Source: a virus
Taxonomy: Duplodnaviria > Caudoviricetes
Reading direction: 5' to 3' (one strand)
Virus record (IMG/VR): IMGVR_UViG_3300037420_001045
Span: 1 to 37,129 of that record
DNA length: 37,129 nucleotides
Of this stretch, positions 7,531-17,704 are shown piece by piece. The position numbers were made by a program, and so were the translations under genes. The notes below the pieces were generated by a model. The model searched no databases, was not told where the DNA came from, and saw nothing but the letters and a program-made list of their open reading frames with translations. Every line of letters begins with the position of its first letter. Positions within the stretch are counted from its first letter, which is position 1.

Positions 7531-9227
7531 TTCTTGTCGTCCTTGCGCTTGAGGTACTCGAGGAGGGCTGCGGTTGTGTCCGTAATGGGTGGGCTGAATG
7601 CCAGAGCGAACGCCTTGGAGATCGCCGGGGTGACGGCTCCCGTCTCCATGCCATGGGAGAGATCGTAGGAGTAGCGTGCCAGCGCGGAGGGCATGCGGCG
7701 CCGTGCCTGCGAGAGCGCCTGCGCCTGCGCCTCGGCCACGATCGGGTTCCCTCCGCTGGTTGCAGCACCAGTGAGACGGTCAAAGGCGCTGACGTTGGGC
7801 TTCTGCAGGTACTTGGCGGCGGCCCTGTCGGAGAACTCCTCGGCCTCCAAGAGACGGCCAGTCCTCTGCTTGGCCGGTACGAATGCATTGGCGAAAGAGC
7901 GCACATCCGGGTCAGAGGAGGAGGCGGCACCGCGCTCCACCGCATCCTCGACCGCTTGCCGGAGCATGCTGCTGGCTTCCTGAAGCGACTCCTCCTTTGG
8001 GGATGCCTGCCGACGGTGGAATTTCGCTAGGGCCTGTAGTTTGCGCTTCGCAGTCTCGGCCTCTCCAAGTGGCACGGTAGGACCACCAGCGCGCTGCTCC
8101 ATCTTCTGGGCTACTCGCTGGTACACGCGCGCAGGTCCGTCGTCGTAGTACGAGGTTTTTTGTTCCTCGGCGAAGCGCCGCATCATGTCCTCGGCTAGTG
8201 GCTCAACCTCTGGCCCCGGCACGCCTCGGGATTCAAGTTCGCGGATGATCTCGCCTTGAAGGTTTCCGGCTTCCTCGGCGAGTTGCGCCACACGCTCATG
8301 CGTCTGAGGTGTGGTGTCGAAAGCGCGAATGCCACCCGAGGCCAGCACTTCCTCTGCCGCATCGTTGCTCAGAGGCTTGCGCGCTTGCGCGGCCATGTCG
8401 GAGGAGCCGGATAGCACCTCGCGCCCCTTGTTGATGGCGTACCGACGCAGGAACGGCCACGCACGGCTAGCGCCTTCCGTCAAGGCACCTACGCCCACGC
8501 CCATCGCACCGCCCCCTAGAGCATTGTCTACGATGTCCCGAGCCGTGCCCCTCCAATCTCCACGGGACAGGTCGGACTCGCCATTGGTGAAGCCAGAGAG
8601 TGCACCATAGGCAAGGCCCGTCTTCCCTGCAGCCGCTAGACGCCCAAGCACTCCAGCCTCGCTCCCAGCCTTGAATCCCGGCAACGGGGCAAGGATGGAG
8701 GCCACCGTCCCGACCCCCTCACCAATCCGCCCAGCCCATGGGTTCTCCTTTGAGAGCTCCACCGTGTCTTTGCGGCGGGTATCACGGAGGCGGCGGTAGA
8801 TGTCCGCCGTGTCTCCGAGCGGATTGCCTTGATCGATCACGCCCTGGGCAGCCTCATCGAGCGGACGGCCCTCGTCTAGTTCGATGCGCAGCAACTGCTT
8901 CTGAGCCTCTGGCGTTAGCGTCGCGCCGGGCTCACCCACACCACGGGCTTTCGCGAGCCGGAGGATGGCGGTGCCGATCAGGTCGGTGAGCATGCCGCCA
9001 GCGGGGACGGCATCAGCCCCACGAAGGGCGAACGTATCCAGCGCCGCAGAGGGCTTGTCCATGTAGGGCAGACGAATGACTGGCTGCCGAGGTCGAGGGG
9101 CAGGTGTGGGCGAGGCGCCAGTGAGTTCAGCCACCTGCTCGGGCGTGAGTGGCTCAATCTGCTGGCCATTCTCCTCCGCCAGTAGCGCGGCCACTTCCTC
9201 GGGGGAGAGTTTCTGAGCGTCGGCCAT
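7527..9227 (-). CDS. Internal virion / DNA ejection protein (large)
   Basis: Helical, with Gly/Ala glycine-zipper-like hydrophobic segments; position after the tail genes. Confidence 0.65.
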   Translation of the reverse strand: MADAQKLSPEEVAALLAEENGQQIEPLTPEQVAELTGASPTPAPRPRQPVIRLPYMDKPSAALDTFALRGADAVPAGGMLTDLIGTAILRLAKARGVGEPGATLTPEAQKQLLRIELDEGRPLDEAAQGVIDQGNPLGDTADIYRRLRDTRRKDTVELSKENPWAGRIGEGVGTVASILAPLPGFKAGSEAGVLGRLAAAGKTGLAYGALSGFTNGESDLSRGDWRGTARDIVDNALGGGAMGVGVGALTEGASRAWPFLRRYAINKGREVLSGSSDMAAQARKPLSNDAAEEVLASGGIRAFDTTPQTHERVAQLAEEAGNLQGEIIRELESRGVPGPEVEPLAEDMMRRFAEEQKTSYYDDGPARVYQRVAQKMEQRAGGPTVPLGEAETAKRKLQALAKFHRRQASPKEESLQEASSMLRQAVEDAVERGAASSSDPDVRSFANAFVPAKQRTGRLLEAEEFSDRAAAKYLQKPNVSAFDRLTGAATSGGNPIVAEAQAQALSQARRRMPSALARYSYDLSHGMETGAVTPAISKAFALAFSPPITDTTAALLEYLKRKDDKK

Positions 9228-9230
9228 ATT

Positions 9231-10328
9231 CTACTTCCCCGCATTCTCGCTGCGGATTTCTCCGTGCCCATCAGCGAAGATCACGAGCGTTCTCCCATCT
9301 TTGAGCGTTCTGGTCTCCTTGATGTTCCGAGGATCTCCCGGGCCCACCTTGCCGCTCGGGCTTGGAGCGGGGGGCAGGGGCGGCGGCTCCTCAAGGTTGA
9401 TGGTACTGGCAGGTGCGGCCACGCGCTCGGGCGCCAGCCCGTATGATGTCGCCAGACCTTGGTATCGTGCCAACGCTGCGTCATGCGTTTTCTTGAGCGC
9501 CGCCGCATTCGAACGGGCAATCGCGATGAATTCCTTGCGCTGCTCAGGGGTGAGTTTCACGCCAGATTGAACCTGCTGGATGGCCGCTTGGGCCTTGTCG
9601 AAGACGCCGCCCGAGTTCTGGGCGTTGTTGAACTCCTGATCCTTCACGCCAGTGGCCGGGTCAATCGACTTCATGAAAGTGGTGATGCCGGCGATGTCTC
9701 CAGCCCCCGTCCCGGCCTTGAAGGCGCCCGTCATCTGGTCCAGCGCCGTCGCGACGATCTGGTAGTTCTTGTAGGCCGGCAGCGCTTGAAATTCCTTGCG
9801 CGTCGCACCCTCGAGCTTGATCTTGTTCTGGGCGTCCTTCGCCGCATCGGAAGCGGCCTTGGCTGTAGCCTTCGCAGCAGCGGCGGCGGCCTTGTGCTGA
9901 GCCTCCGTCTCTCTCAAGCCGAGACGCTTGGCATCGTTGGCCGCCTTGGTCTTTGCCGCCTCCTCCGCCAAACGGAGCCGCTCCGCTGCTTGCTGAAGCG
10001 TGGCGAGCCGAATGGGGTCCACCATCCCCGCCTGGGCGCGGCCAAGCAAGCCCTCTGTGCGAGAGGCATTGCTCTCCAGTTGCTGAGCCTGCTCTCCGGC
10101 AGTCCGGTTGATGCCCTGTAGCAGCGGATTGGCCCCGAGGCTCGTCAGTAGCGCGAGGTTGCGCAAGTTGCCGGCCTGACCCGTCTGCCCACCCAACCGC
10201 TGACGCAACTGTGCCTGCTGTGCCTGCGCCTCACCCTGCCGCTTCTGGATGGCGGCAAGCATGGCGGCGGCTTGGTCCGCGTCCTGCGGCATGAGCATCG
10301 AGAGGATGTCCGGCGTCTCTTCGGGCAT
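9231..10328 (-). CDS. Internal virion / DNA ejection protein
   Basis: Ala/Gln coiled coil; GD.A.I..F.K..DP...V...EF motif; position. Confidence 0.65.
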   Translation of the reverse strand: MPEETPDILSMLMPQDADQAAAMLAAIQKRQGEAQAQQAQLRQRLGGQTGQAGNLRNLALLTSLGANPLLQGINRTAGEQAQQLESNASRTEGLLGRAQAGMVDPIRLATLQQAAERLRLAEEAAKTKAANDAKRLGLRETEAQHKAAAAAAKATAKAASDAAKDAQNKIKLEGATRKEFQALPAYKNYQIVATALDQMTGAFKAGTGAGDIAGITTFMKSIDPATGVKDQEFNNAQNSGGVFDKAQAAIQQVQSGVKLTPEQRKEFIAIARSNAAALKKTHDAALARYQGLATSYGLAPERVAAPASTINLEEPPPLPPAPSPSGKVGPGDPRNIKETRTLKDGRTLVIFADGHGEIRSENAGK

Positions 10329-10337
10329 AGCGCCTCC

Positions 10338-10694
10338 TCACAGCATTGCGGCGGGGGACAGGCCGAGGGCGTCCCACATGGCCTGCTGCTTCATCTGGTC
10401 TTCGCTCATCTTCCCCATGAGGCCGAACCGGATGGCGGCGTCCTTGGTCATGTCCGCTCCCAGCGCCCTCTGGGCGTCAAGGTTCTTGCCCTGCATGTAC
10501 GCACCGCCGATGCTGGACAGGCCTCCGAGGAGAGCACCCCATGGAGTGGAGTGCCCGCCGCCAGACTTGCGGATGTCGGAGGCAATGCCCGCTTCTTGGT
10601 CAAGGACGGACTGCTCCTGCCCGAAGTTCCTGAACATCTTCTCGAGTTGGTCCGGAGGCATTTGGAGCAGCAGCTGGTAGAAGTCGGTATCCAT
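10338..10694 (-). CDS. Small internal virion protein
   Basis: WGALLGGLSSIGGAY hydrophobic glycine segment; inside the ejection cluster. Confidence 0.6.
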   Translation of the reverse strand: MDTDFYQLLLQMPPDQLEKMFRNFGQEQSVLDQEAGIASDIRKSGGGHSTPWGALLGGLSSIGGAYMQGKNLDAQRALGADMTKDAAIRFGLMGKMSEDQMKQQAMWDALGLSPAAML

Positions 10695-11707
10695 CAGCCG
10701 ATCCTCTTGGGTGCGAAGGTGGAGTCCACCATGAGCATGCCGTCTTCGCGCTCATGCACATGCTCTGGGTGGATGGCGCGGAGGCTCTGCGCGGATACGC
10801 CAGCGTACAGGCCGGGCATGTTGTGCTCGGACCTGTACCGGAAGGTGAGGAGTTCCACGCCGGGCACCACCTCCACCCCATGGCGCTCAATGTCCGTCTT
10901 CGCGCGCTCGTCCGACATGGCAAGCATGGCGCCAGTGCCGGCCAATTGCGTGCCCGCGCCGATGATGTCCGCAATGCTCTGCTGGCGGTTCTGGTAGCGC
11001 TGCATGTCCGCGCTGTACTGCATGCCTCCGGCCTGGAGGAGCGACGGCGCGAGGCCCATACCGGCCTGCGCCACATTCTGCTGTCCCGTGAGGCCTTGGA
11101 GCCCCAGAAGTTGCTGCAGTGGCATCTGATACTGCGTCAGCAGTTCCTGCATGCCCTGCTGGCGCCCAGCCATGTTGTTGCGGAAGACGGAGTCTCCTGC
11201 GCTGGTGCCCTGTTGGATGGCGTTGGCCATGGCACTCGTGTAGGCGTCATTACGCTGCTGGCCCTCCTGTTGCATGGCCCTATCATATGCGGCGGAACCC
11301 GGCTGGAGCCCCTGGTTCAGAAGCCGGCCGCGCAGGGCCTCGTCCTGATGCTGCCACTGTGGGTCTAGGCGGGAGGTGGCCTGCCCGTAGGCGCTGTTAA
11401 TGGCCTGGTTGCGGGCATCCTCGCCAGATCCGACAGGCTGTAGCCCGGAGAGACTGAACGGAGATCGGTACATCTCAGCCGCTTGGTTCTGGAGCGCGTT
11501 GTTAACGCCGCCCAGCGCGCCGCTGAACGAGGTCGTCTGCGTAGGGCGGCCGTCAGGCCCAATGCCCCATGTCGAGGAAACGCCATTAGCGTTTGTCTGG
11601 TTCGGTCGGTTTTGCTGAGTCTGCTGCTGGAGCAGGTTGTTCTGCTCGTCCGATTGCTGCCGCGCGAGCCCCTGAAAGTCCGGGGGCGGTGGTCCTCCGC
11701 TGCTCAT
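10694..11707 (-). CDS. Ejection-type virion protein with C-terminal S74 / intramolecular chaperone auto-processing domain
   Basis: Gln-rich body, then SDERAKTDI...FRY...GVSAQSL...P..V..DG..MVD. Confidence 0.8.
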   Translation of the reverse strand: MSSGGPPPPDFQGLARQQSDEQNNLLQQQTQQNRPNQTNANGVSSTWGIGPDGRPTQTTSFSGALGGVNNALQNQAAEMYRSPFSLSGLQPVGSGEDARNQAINSAYGQATSRLDPQWQHQDEALRGRLLNQGLQPGSAAYDRAMQQEGQQRNDAYTSAMANAIQQGTSAGDSVFRNNMAGRQQGMQELLTQYQMPLQQLLGLQGLTGQQNVAQAGMGLAPSLLQAGGMQYSADMQRYQNRQQSIADIIGAGTQLAGTGAMLAMSDERAKTDIERHGVEVVPGVELLTFRYRSEHNMPGLYAGVSAQSLRAIHPEHVHEREDGMLMVDSTFAPKRIG

Positions 11708-12111
11708 GCTGCCCTCTCAATCCAGCGGCACTCTTCGCGCCGCATCTCGAAGACGATCAGATCCTCACCCGCCTGCCACCCATCCACCACTCGGCTCACT
11801 TCGCGGAAGCCCACCTTGCGTGTGAGGCGTAGGCTTCGCTCATTGCTGGAGCGGATGACTCCGAGCAGAATACCGACGTGCCGGAAGGCGTATTCGAGCG
11901 CCTCTGCCAGTAATCTCCGACAGGCAGCCGCAGTCCTCACGAGAACATGGACATGCGCGCTGTTAGGCGTCCACGTATCCAGCACTACGAGGCCGGCCAC
12001 TCGCCCACCATTCTCAGCCACCAACCCCCGCGCATTGCTGGGCGGAACGTACCCAGTCGCGCCAGTGAGCAGGGCGACGTCTCCTGTGGTGGCAGCCCGA
12101 ATCAGAATCAC
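11704..12111 (-). CDS. GNAT-fold acetyltransferase-like protein (P22 gp14-like position)
   Basis: N..SLRL..KVGFREV motif; GTG at 12111 overlaps the upstream stop. Confidence 0.8.
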   Translation of the reverse strand: MILIRAATTGDVALLTGATGYVPPSNARGLVAENGGRVAGLVVLDTWTPNSAHVHVLVRTAAACRRLLAEALEYAFRHVGILLGVIRSSNERSLRLTRKVGFREVSRVVDGWQAGEDLIVFEMRREECRWIERAA

Positions 12112-13703
12112 AGGAAGCCTCCGACGGTGTATGTCACATCCACTGCCACCAGCACCACCTGACTCACGGCGGAACCACGCAGAGCAATGGAGACTGCGGT
12201 GCCCATGCCGATGGGGCCCCTGACGGGCTGCGCAGGCACGGAAATCCCGCCCCACACGTCAACATCCCACAGGCCGTTGTCCCACGTGCCGCTGCCAATG
12301 CCTTCAGTGACGAGCGCCACGGGGCTCAACTCAGACTGGCTGTACCCATATATGGCCGCCGTATCGACGGATGGCGGCAGCCCATCGGTGAGGATGATCG
12401 GGCGAATGAAGCTGATTTGTTTCTGGCGTGGCGCCCCGTACTCGCTGGCCGCCGTAATGAGGCGCCAGTCGATCGGGTCATAGTCGGAAGTGCTGTCCAG
12501 CGGCAGGTTGTCCACCGTGCCGACATTCCTCATTACCTGACCGGTGGAGGACCCATAGTACAAGTCCCCGTCAAACACGGTGGCGCACGCCATGTCGAGC
12601 CCCGTCCATAGGAACCATCCGCTGCTCGTGGTGCTCTGTGCTAACTGCACGGCCGCCTCGTTGCCTCTGGCCGGCACGAGGAAGAGGAGCGCGTTGTCCT
12701 GCGGGTGAAGAACGAGCGCCCACCCCTTCACCGACACGCGCGACGTCATGTACGAGTTGACGAGGTTGGCCACCTTGAAGGTGAGGCTCTCCGCTCGAGC
12801 ATCTGGGATGCCTACCACGAGGCGACTGAGGCGCTCGATGCCCTTCCGAGTAACAACCAGGAGGTCGCCACCGTTCTGCGATGCAATGGTGCGGCCAGCA
12901 GGTGGTGGGCCGATGTACCAAACTCCCTTGAGACCGAAAGTGCTGGCGTCGTCAGGGTCCGTTCCGACGTAGACGAGCACATCCCCGCCGGTGGAAATAG
13001 CCACTAGGGCATTGTCCACGCCCGCGCCACCGTCATACGTCCAGTCCCAGAGTCCCACCAAGGAGCCGCCGCTGCGGAACTTCATCCCCATGGGGAAGGC
13101 CGTCACCGTCCCACCAATCTGGCCCACGGGCAGGTAGTAGGCAGTAGCGCCACCTCGCTCCACGAACCAGAGCCGCCCGAGGAACACCATGACAAAGGCG
13201 ATGTTGCCAGGGCTGAGGCCAGAGATCTCCCCAGCGCCAGAGCCACCTACGACGGCGGACCATGAGGAGCCGTCATATCGATACAGGCCATTCACCTCAT
13301 CCGCGTAGAATGCATAGGTGCCACCAGCCACTACGACGGTGGTGCTCACCCCAAATCCCGCGTCCCCGGAACTGGAATCAAACTCAATGTCGGGGGTAGT
13401 CGCCATCCCGCCCGAGGTGACATCCCAGATCCCGGTTTGCGTGGTGGCGAAGAGGCCAGAGCCGCCGTCACTCTTGAATGGGATGAGAGTGCGGACTTGG
13501 TTGTCGGAGTCGCCAGTGAGGCCCGCCGCCCACTCGCTACAACCGAGGCGAGTGCGGAGCCCATTCTCAGCCGCCAGCAGGTTGACGGCTACCGGGCAAT
13601 CCGTCGGCGGGAGATTGAGTCCCGCGGCCGCAGTGTTCAACCCGCCCACGGGCGCCGGTATTTGGGCGACCTGCGCTGTTGGAGGAGGGACAGGGCGAGG
13701 CAT
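12108..13703 (-). CDS. Tail nozzle / tubular protein B (P22 gp10-like)
   Basis: 531-aa beta-propeller-like sequence with PAPVGGLN N-terminus; follows the adaptor. Confidence 0.8.
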   Translation of the reverse strand: MPRPVPPPTAQVAQIPAPVGGLNTAAAGLNLPPTDCPVAVNLLAAENGLRTRLGCSEWAAGLTGDSDNQVRTLIPFKSDGGSGLFATTQTGIWDVTSGGMATTPDIEFDSSSGDAGFGVSTTVVVAGGTYAFYADEVNGLYRYDGSSWSAVVGGSGAGEISGLSPGNIAFVMVFLGRLWFVERGGATAYYLPVGQIGGTVTAFPMGMKFRSGGSLVGLWDWTYDGGAGVDNALVAISTGGDVLVYVGTDPDDASTFGLKGVWYIGPPPAGRTIASQNGGDLLVVTRKGIERLSRLVVGIPDARAESLTFKVANLVNSYMTSRVSVKGWALVLHPQDNALLFLVPARGNEAAVQLAQSTTSSGWFLWTGLDMACATVFDGDLYYGSSTGQVMRNVGTVDNLPLDSTSDYDPIDWRLITAASEYGAPRQKQISFIRPIILTDGLPPSVDTAAIYGYSQSELSPVALVTEGIGSGTWDNGLWDVDVWGGISVPAQPVRGPIGMGTAVSIALRGSAVSQVVLVAVDVTYTVGGFL

Positions 13704-13704
13704 C

Positions 13705-14427
13705 TCACGTCCCGTAGCCCGTGGGCGGAAGGTTGTTGTTGTCGAGGAGGCGGGCGCGGTTGGCCGGGCTATGGTTCAGGTTCAGCACAGGGGCTGCCTC
13801 AGCGTTACCCTGCGCGCGCTCAAGCGCCCTGTCATAGTCATCGGTGGCGGCGGATGAGTCGAAGCCCTTGGCGCGCAGGAAGTCCATGCGCAGGCGGTGC
13901 TTCATCAGCTGGGAGTCGAAGAGGATCGTATCGTCGTCGTCGAAGGGCTCGGAGTCAGTGCCAGCACTTTCCCCATCTGGCTGGACCCAATACTCGGACA
14001 CATACTGCAAGGCGATGGTGTTCGCCGACTGCGGCGTTGGCGCGAGGAAAATGGCGTTGCCCTTCGTGTAGAAGAACAGCTGCACGGCACCCACGAGATT
14101 GAACACCTGCAGCAGCTCCCACCCCTGCGGACCCAAAGGCCCACCCAGCGGGATCCGGGAAGTGGTATTCCACTCCGTTTGATTCACCCACCGGTGGAAG
14201 CCGGCAGGCATGGTGTACGACGCGACCGAGGCAGTGGTGGTGAAGTTGTAGCGCACCCGCAGGTGCGGCCACTCGAAGTCGCGCACCATGTCCCGGCCAG
14301 CGGACTTCAGCATGGCACGCAGTTGAACGATATGGCCAACCGTCGAGCCATACGGGGACGACACCGCTTCGAGCCCGAGCAGAGTGGCCACGTCGTTAAT
14401 GATCGTCTTAGCGGTGTCGTAGGCCAT
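13705..14427 (-). CDS. Head-tail adaptor / tail tubular protein A
   Basis: TA..IIN..A..LG N-terminus, EWP.L and Y.MP..F motifs; position. Confidence 0.8.
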   Translation of the reverse strand: MAYDTAKTIINDVATLLGLEAVSSPYGSTVGHIVQLRAMLKSAGRDMVRDFEWPHLRVRYNFTTTASVASYTMPAGFHRWVNQTEWNTTSRIPLGGPLGPQGWELLQVFNLVGAVQLFFYTKGNAIFLAPTPQSANTIALQYVSEYWVQPDGESAGTDSEPFDDDDTILFDSQLMKHRLRMDFLRAKGFDSSAATDDYDRALERAQGNAEAAPVLNLNHSPANRARLLDNNNLPPTGYGT

Positions 14428-14430
14428 GGG

Positions 14431-15027
14431 CTAGCCCTTCCGAGCGCGCGGAGACTCGACGGCCTTGGAATCGGCGCCAGCGGGCTTGAGGGTGCGGAGC
14501 TCCGCCTGTGCCTCGTCGAGTTGCTTCCGGGTGACGGCGAGGTGAGCCTTCGTCTCTTCGAGTTCGCTCCGAAGGCTGGCAACGTGCCCCTCGTCCTTGG
14601 CCGCCTTGATGTAGTCCCGCGCTCGTTGGCGCAGTTCCATGAAACCCGGACCGATGCGCTGCAGGTTGGCGTCGCTCACCTCGGCGAGCTCCTCTACCGT
14701 GCGAACGTTGTTGTGGAGCAGGGCGGCCACCTCAGAGGGGCGGAGCGGCGGCCACTCACGCAATGGCTGGCCCACCACCGGGTTCTCCTTGCTCTTCTGC
14801 CACTTCTCGTACTGGGCGCCGTAGGCTTCCAAGTCCTTGGGTTCCACGGGCCGGTGGACGATGTTGGTGCTGGAGCCAGGGGTCATGATGCGGATGTACT
14901 CAACATCCTTCATCACAGGACGCCCAGCCTCGGCGGACTTGGCCTTGTCGGGCTTGGCCTCCACGCTGAATTGGATGATAACCCCTGCCCGTCCCATCTC
15001 GCGCTGCGGAACCTCGAAATCCAACAT
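14431..15027 (-). CDS. Conserved phage protein with helix-hairpin-helix-like motif and coiled-coil tail
   Basis: TVEELAEVSDANLQRIGPG; GGAGGAG RBS. Confidence 0.7.
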   Translation of the reverse strand: MLDFEVPQREMGRAGVIIQFSVEAKPDKAKSAEAGRPVMKDVEYIRIMTPGSSTNIVHRPVEPKDLEAYGAQYEKWQKSKENPVVGQPLREWPPLRPSEVAALLHNNVRTVEELAEVSDANLQRIGPGFMELRQRARDYIKAAKDEGHVASLRSELEETKAHLAVTRKQLDEAQAELRTLKPAGADSKAVESPRARKG

Positions 15028-15083
15028 ACTGCTCCTCCCGGTTGAGGCAGGGCCTGAGCGAGCACCCTGCCGGTGTTCGCCTG

Positions 15084-15614
15084 TTAGGTGGCGTCGTCCA
15101 AGCCGTCCTTGGTGAACGGACGCTCGATCTCGAATTCGGCCATACCGGTGGCCGGCGCATCCAGCGCGCTCGCCCCCTTCGCCCGGAAGACGAGGTCTCC
15201 GGCGACGACTGCATCATCCACGCTTCCGTCGGTGGCGGTGAGGTAGACGTTGCCGTTATCCGCGAAGCCCGTAAGCGCCTTGCCGACGGCCTTGCCGGAA
15301 ATCTGAGCCCATCCGTAGAGCGTGGTGGCGCTGAGCGCAGACATCAGCACTCCGACGAGCGGGTAGATGCCGTTGGCAACCGCGAGAGTGGTACCACCGT
15401 CATCCGCGTTGATGCCCACCCACGAGCCGGCTGCGCCAGAAGAGACGCCCTTGACGTATATGAACTCGCCGGAGCCGTTCTGGTTGGTGCCGTAGTCGCG
15501 CGCCTGGACGATGAGCCCGAGCGGATGCTGGGCCGTACTGCTCGCCTCATCAATCGCCTGAGCGCCCAGAATGGCGGGGTGGTGGATCTTCCACGACGTG
15601 GTGTAGGTAGTCAT
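15084..15614 (-). CDS. Capsid decoration / cement protein
   Basis: GEFIYVKG and YGWAQISG motifs; directly after the major capsid gene. Confidence 0.7.
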   Translation of the reverse strand: MTTYTTSWKIHHPAILGAQAIDEASSTAQHPLGLIVQARDYGTNQNGSGEFIYVKGVSSGAAGSWVGINADDGGTTLAVANGIYPLVGVLMSALSATTLYGWAQISGKAVGKALTGFADNGNVYLTATDGSVDDAVVAGDLVFRAKGASALDAPATGMAEFEIERPFTKDGLDDAT

Positions 15615-15617
15615 GGC

Positions 15618-16577
15618 TCACGCTCCGATCAGGCGGCCATGGAGGCTCGCGTTGCTGCATGTGAGGTTGCCAGCCCAGGCCAGCGTGGACACCGAGGCGT
15701 CCTGGTTCACCGGGAGGCGCTTGGCGCCCAGCGGGACCATGTTCCTGTCCTTGTGTGGGCGAAGGCGGAAGTATTTGGTGTTCAGGAAGAAGCCGTTGGT
15801 GGCGCCGCAGCCGTAGTTCTCGAGCACCACGTCCGCAGTCATGAACTTCACGGTGGTGAATCCGGCCTGGGCCATCTCCGCGTCCGTGAAGCGCTGCTGG
15901 GCCTGCAGGCTGCCCATGTATGTGCTCCAGAGCGTGGAGCCCATGGGGATCAGATCCGGATGGTCGGTGCCACGGACGAGGCTCGCCCAGAGCAGGTTCA
16001 TGTAGCCCTGGATGGTGGTAGCCGTGGGCGTGCTGGATGGGTCGTAGATCTTGCTCTGCCAGAAGGCGCCCAGCGATGTGGATCGGTCAATGCCGCCGTA
16101 CGTACCGGTGGTGGGATCCGCCGGCACGGCAATGTCGAGGCCGTTCAGTTCCTTGCCACCAGAGCCGGTGCCGTCGGAGTAGAGGCTCAGCTGCATGTTG
16201 TTCATCATGGTGGCCTCGGCCACCTCCATCTTCGACTCGAGCAGGTCGATCACCGCCTCGCGGCCGGAGTTCTGCAACTCCTCGAGGCCGGACATGGTGA
16301 TCTGCACGGAGCACTGCTTGATGTCGAAGGTGGCCGCAGTCAGAACTTCCTGCGCCTGCACGGGGAGCACGTCATACCCGCTGTACCACCCGAAGGTGGC
16401 AGACTCGCGGAAGGAGAGCTCCTCGTAGATGATTCGTCCGCCAGAGAACGGGCGGATGTTGCCGCGTTTGTTGAGGCGGAAGAGGAGGGCGGTGTTCTTC
16501 GTGACGTTGTCGGCGATCTCCCCAGAGCGCTGCTCCAGAGTGGTGGTCGCCAACTCACTGATATTCGGGGTGGCCAT
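15618..16577 (-). CDS. Major capsid protein
   Basis: 319 aa; TTTL..RS..IADNV.KN.ALL, LYSDGTG.GGK...GL and GGIDR motifs; follows the scaffold. Confidence 0.9.
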   Translation of the reverse strand: MATPNISELATTTLEQRSGEIADNVTKNTALLFRLNKRGNIRPFSGGRIIYEELSFRESATFGWYSGYDVLPVQAQEVLTAATFDIKQCSVQITMSGLEELQNSGREAVIDLLESKMEVAEATMMNNMQLSLYSDGTGSGGKELNGLDIAVPADPTTGTYGGIDRSTSLGAFWQSKIYDPSSTPTATTIQGYMNLLWASLVRGTDHPDLIPMGSTLWSTYMGSLQAQQRFTDAEMAQAGFTTVKFMTADVVLENYGCGATNGFFLNTKYFRLRPHKDRNMVPLGAKRLPVNQDASVSTLAWAGNLTCSNASLHGRLIGA

Positions 16578-16669
16578 GCGAAACCGTGGGACTGCGTGGG
16601 GCGTGCCGCTTCACGTTCGAGCGTTGGTGGGCGGCCCCACTCGCATGCAGCCCCAGGCGTCACACTGGG
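16578..16669 (-). promoter_or_regulatory. Structured 5' leader of the capsid gene
   Basis: Nested stems TGGGGCTGC/GCAGTCCCA and GTGGGGC/GCCCCAC; no SD before the ATG. Confidence 0.45.
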
Positions 16670-17704
16670 TTACCTGCCGCTGAGTTTCTCCTCAGCGGCG
16701 AGGATGTGCTCCCTGATGGTTCTGGGCTTGGGCGCGGGTGCTGGCGCCGTGGGCTCATTACGCAGGGAGGTGGTTGGCCGCCGTGCCGGCGTTGGTGCTC
16801 TCGCACTCGCGGCCTCGGCTGCCTTCCGCTGCTGGTACAACGGTCGCACATCGTCATTCAGCATGCAAGCCCGCTCGTATACCTGTTGAATGGTGGGCGT
16901 CTCGCCATGTCGCTGAGCACTCTGGAGCACGAGTGCCATTTCTGGCTTCACATCCTCGAAGAACTCGGCCTTCTCGCGGAAGGCGGACACCTCAGCATCC
17001 ACCTTCTCTTGAATGGCCGCACGCTGCTGCTCTCCCTCCTCTCTGGCTTGCCGGAGCAGATCGTCCACGCGCGGATCCCGAAACTCCTGCGGTTGTGCGC
17101 GGCGCGGCTGCTCCTTGCCTTCGAGGATGGAGGCGAGGCGCCCCACGTCCACGCCAAAGCCGTTGATGATCTGGGCGACCACGGCCTCCTTGTCACCGGT
17201 GCGGAGGGCCTTGCCAGTCTGGAGCAGGGCTTCCATATCCTTCAGCGGCTCGGGCCCCAGTACGTCACGATACGGTTTGATGGTCTCCTCGAATGCTGCC
17301 GCCTTCCGCTGATGCTCTGCCGCCTCGCGCATCTTCTGCTGGTGGGCAGACTCGATGCGCACCATCTCAGCCTGTACCGCTGCAGGGACCTTCCCCCACT
17401 CCTCGCGCACGCTGGCGCGCATGGAGGCCGGAGGCTTCACGGCGGCAGGGGCCTTGGCCTCGACGGTTGTCGCATCGGTGGGCTTGGGAGCAAATCGGCC
17501 GCGCTCGTCCCGTCCGTCCTTGGGCGCCTTGCTTTCGTCCTCAGGCACGGCGGCGATCTGCTCCACTTGGTGCGTGTTGGCGGGGACTGCGCCTTCAGCA
17601 GCGGCCTCTGGAGACGAGGCGCTGGGCCCCGGCTCTGGCGCGCTGCTGTCCCCCTCCATCTTCGCCATGTTGGCGCTCAGCGCCTCACGGATTGCGGACA
17701 TCAC
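16670..17704 (-). CDS. Capsid scaffolding protein
   Basis: Acidic disordered N-terminus with RDERGRFA, PP.S..(W) motif, helical body; sits between portal and capsid. Confidence 0.82.
   Translation of the reverse strand: MMSAIREALSANMAKMEGDSSAPEPGPSASSPEAAAEGAVPANTHQVEQIAAVPEDESKAPKDGRDERGRFAPKPTDATTVEAKAPAAVKPPASMRASVREEWGKVPAAVQAEMVRIESAHQQKMREAAEHQRKAAAFEETIKPYRDVLGPEPLKDMEALLQTGKALRTGDKEAVVAQIINGFGVDVGRLASILEGKEQPRRAQPQEFRDPRVDDLLRQAREEGEQQRAAIQEKVDAEVSAFREKAEFFEDVKPEMALVLQSAQRHGETPTIQQVYERACMLNDDVRPLYQQRKAAEAASARAPTPARRPTTSLRNEPTAPAPAPKPRTIREHILAAEEKLSGR

Noticed and set aside
15042-16889. 615-aa + strand ORF, and similar long antisense ORFs (6551..7552, 13897..15045, 16586..17731)
   Set aside because: Shadow frames opposite clear structural genes in GC-rich DNA; no motifs or RBS.
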